Positions 62,147-64,000 of a DNA stretch of 64,000 nt are shown here, piece by piece; position 1 is the first letter of the stretch; each line of letters starts with the position of its first letter. The notes under the pieces were generated by a model that saw only the letters and a program-made list of their open reading frames with translations, made no database searches and was not told the DNA's origin. Source of the DNA: an uncultured virus (IMG/VR IMGVR_UViG_3300008119_000025). Lineage: Duplodnaviria > Heunggongvirae > Uroviricota > Caudoviricetes. The stretch lies in the IMG/VR virus record IMGVR_UViG_3300008119_000025. One strand, written 5' to 3'. Position numbers and translations under genes: made by a program.

Positions 62147-63060
62147 AATTTTATTTTTTTTATTTTTTCATTTGTTATAAATATACGGAATAAAAATGGA
62201 GAACTATTGTCCTCCATCAAAAATCATTTTTGTAATTTCGTAAATGCTAGGTGCACCTACTTCTCCAAATTCAATGTAAATCTCTTCCATTTTTTATTTT
62301 ATTTTAGTTGGTATTAGACATAATTCACTATCCGAATCGGTTTTAATCTCCCAATCATAATCATTTGATAACCAAAACCCTTTATCCGTATATTCTTCAT
62401 ATTTTCGTATCCTGATAATATCTTTATCTCCATTCCTTATATCCCCACTAAAATTGGATACATTAACGGAACCGTCATCTTTTTTAAGATATTTTGATAC
62501 AATTGGTAATTGTTCTTTTGTACAAGCATCAAACATTATATTGATTTCTTCTTGTGATAATTCAATATAATCTTCTAAAGGATTTCTTCTTCCGAATTGT
62601 TCTAAAGTTTCTTTCCATGATGAACAAGCAACTGAATGAATTTCTTTTAATCCTTGTCTTGATAATTTTTGTTTTTCCATCTTAACTGTTAATTGAGATT
62701 CTTTTGAAAATTGTTCCCCACCTTTTATATGTTGTTGTGATTCCATATAATCAATATGTTTAATCATATCATCAATGTGGATTTCTGTTCCGAATGATGT
62801 ATCACTAAAAACCACCCCCTTTTTAAAAACACCATAATGATAGAATTCATCACCATCTATCACAATCTGATTCATAAACCCAACCTTGACCATCTACATA
62901 AAATCTTAAACGGGGGTGGTGAATATCATACTCCACTTGTTCAAATTCAGTACCAACCATATTTTTATACCAACCTGATGATTCTAATATTTTAATTTTC
63001 ATATCTTTTATTTTTAATATGCTGGAATATACGAACTATCTATTGTTAATAAACGTCCCT

Positions 63061-63405
63061 TTAAATATAAAATGTATCGTCGTTAATCTCCATTGTATCT
63101 TCCTCTTCATATGAATCCCAGTCATCTTTGATTTCCATTAAATCGTCAATATCCTCGTCTTTATACTCAGGAAGTAAACCCATTCTCTCAACTAATCTCC
63201 AAACACGTTCCTTATACATATCAACTGATGTCCCCTCAATTTCAGTGTAACCTTGCACTGTTAAATACGCCAATTGAGCCAATAAATCACTTGTTAAATG
63301 ATCCATTTCCACTAAATCATAATTTTTTCCATCAAATTTAGATTTGATTACTGACCATTGTGCTTCAATTGTATTTGTTTTTACTACGTTTAATTCTTTT
63401 TTCAT
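63061..63405 (-). CDS. early hypothetical protein with acidic tail
   Basis: 114 aa, own promoter and AGTTATG start. Confidence 0.65.
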   Translation of the reverse strand: MKKELNVVKTNTIEAQWSVIKSKFDGKNYDLVEMDHLTSDLLAQLAYLTVQGYTEIEGTSVDMYKERVWRLVERMGLLPEYKDEDIDDLMEIKDDWDSYEEEDTMEINDDTFYI

Positions 63406-64000
63406 AACTTTTATTTTTATTTTTAATTAAAAGTAAAACCATTTCGTTTTACTTGCTTCATACTGGAATATACGATCTTATTTTTGAATCTTGTTGTCCT
63501 CTTTTGAATAAATTGAAGTGTTGGTGTGTTCCGACCGTATCATGGTATGCTAAGTTTTAGGCACTTAGAGTTGTAGTACTTGTCTACTAGCCATAGGAAC
63601 ACTTTAACCACATACCAACACTTTAATTTATTAACTCATTTTAATATCTTTCAATTCCTCTAATCTTATTATTTCAAACTTGTTGAGTTTCAACCATTCT
63701 AAAAATTCCAATGATGTCCATCGATCCGGATCTAATTCACCTAACGGTCCAAACTGATCAATAAACCCATCTAAATATACATTTTCCATAGTTTTGTTTT
63801 ATCTTTATTTATACGGGAATATACGATCTTATTTTTATTTATTTTGGTCCTTTAATTTAGCTTTCATGTATAAAATCCATACTGTTAACCATATGATTTG
63901 GCACATCAAATATAGTTCCTACTGATGAATTATAGCATTTTATTTTCTCATATTCAGTTTCAACTACCTCAAAATAACTCACTCGCTCACCTACACTCAC

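Larger units (their letters stand above)
48783..63860 (-). repeat. array of early promoter/leader repeats, each followed by a small ORF
   Basis: About 37 CGTATATT cores counted by eye, usually TTCGTATATTYMAGYATAA, often with GGA(C/T) 21 nt upstream and an AAAAATAAAGGTTATG leader. Confidence 0.9.

Noticed and set aside
48783..63860. Repeat array as CRISPR or integron
   Set aside because: Repeats are degenerate and irregularly spaced, separated by whole ORFs; no cas or integrase gene in the window
1..64000. Stop-codon reassignment, diversity-generating retroelement, introns or inteins
   Set aside because: Core genes are full length in the standard code, no reverse transcriptase or TR/VR pair seen, and terminase, portal and capsid are uninterrupted

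Overview
64 kb of a large AT-rich T4-like (probably Far-T4/RM378-type) myovirus genome. The host is most likely Bacteroidota: there are no Shine-Dalgarno sites, promoter cores resemble TAnnTTTG, one signal peptide follows the Q-rule, and Hc1-like and DUF5675-like genes are present. Almost all genes are on the minus strand. 1-48 kb holds virion and middle genes: capsid, scaffold, prohead protease, portal, terminase, baseplate, gp55-like sigma, primase, exonuclease, PhoH, two homing endonucleases and a run of probable capsid-packaged proteins. 48.8-64 kb is an early region of about 40 tiny genes, nearly each with its own copy of a GGA(C/T)-N21-CGTATATT promoter and a shared (G/A)GTTATG start context. 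Most notable: GGUUAUGA is the exact complement of initiator-tRNA anticodon-arm positions 33-40, and two separate hairpins just upstream of terminators (19.1 kb and 53.6 kb, the latter downstream of a tRNA-like RNA lacking an anticodon arm) display that same antisense loop on different stems. This suggests an RNA-based translation-control system. Also seen: three promoter classes, a late-promoter-released start-codon hairpin, origin-like non-coding tracts and up to four deletion scars in tail/baseplate genes. All family names come from motif recognition by eye; no searches were run.
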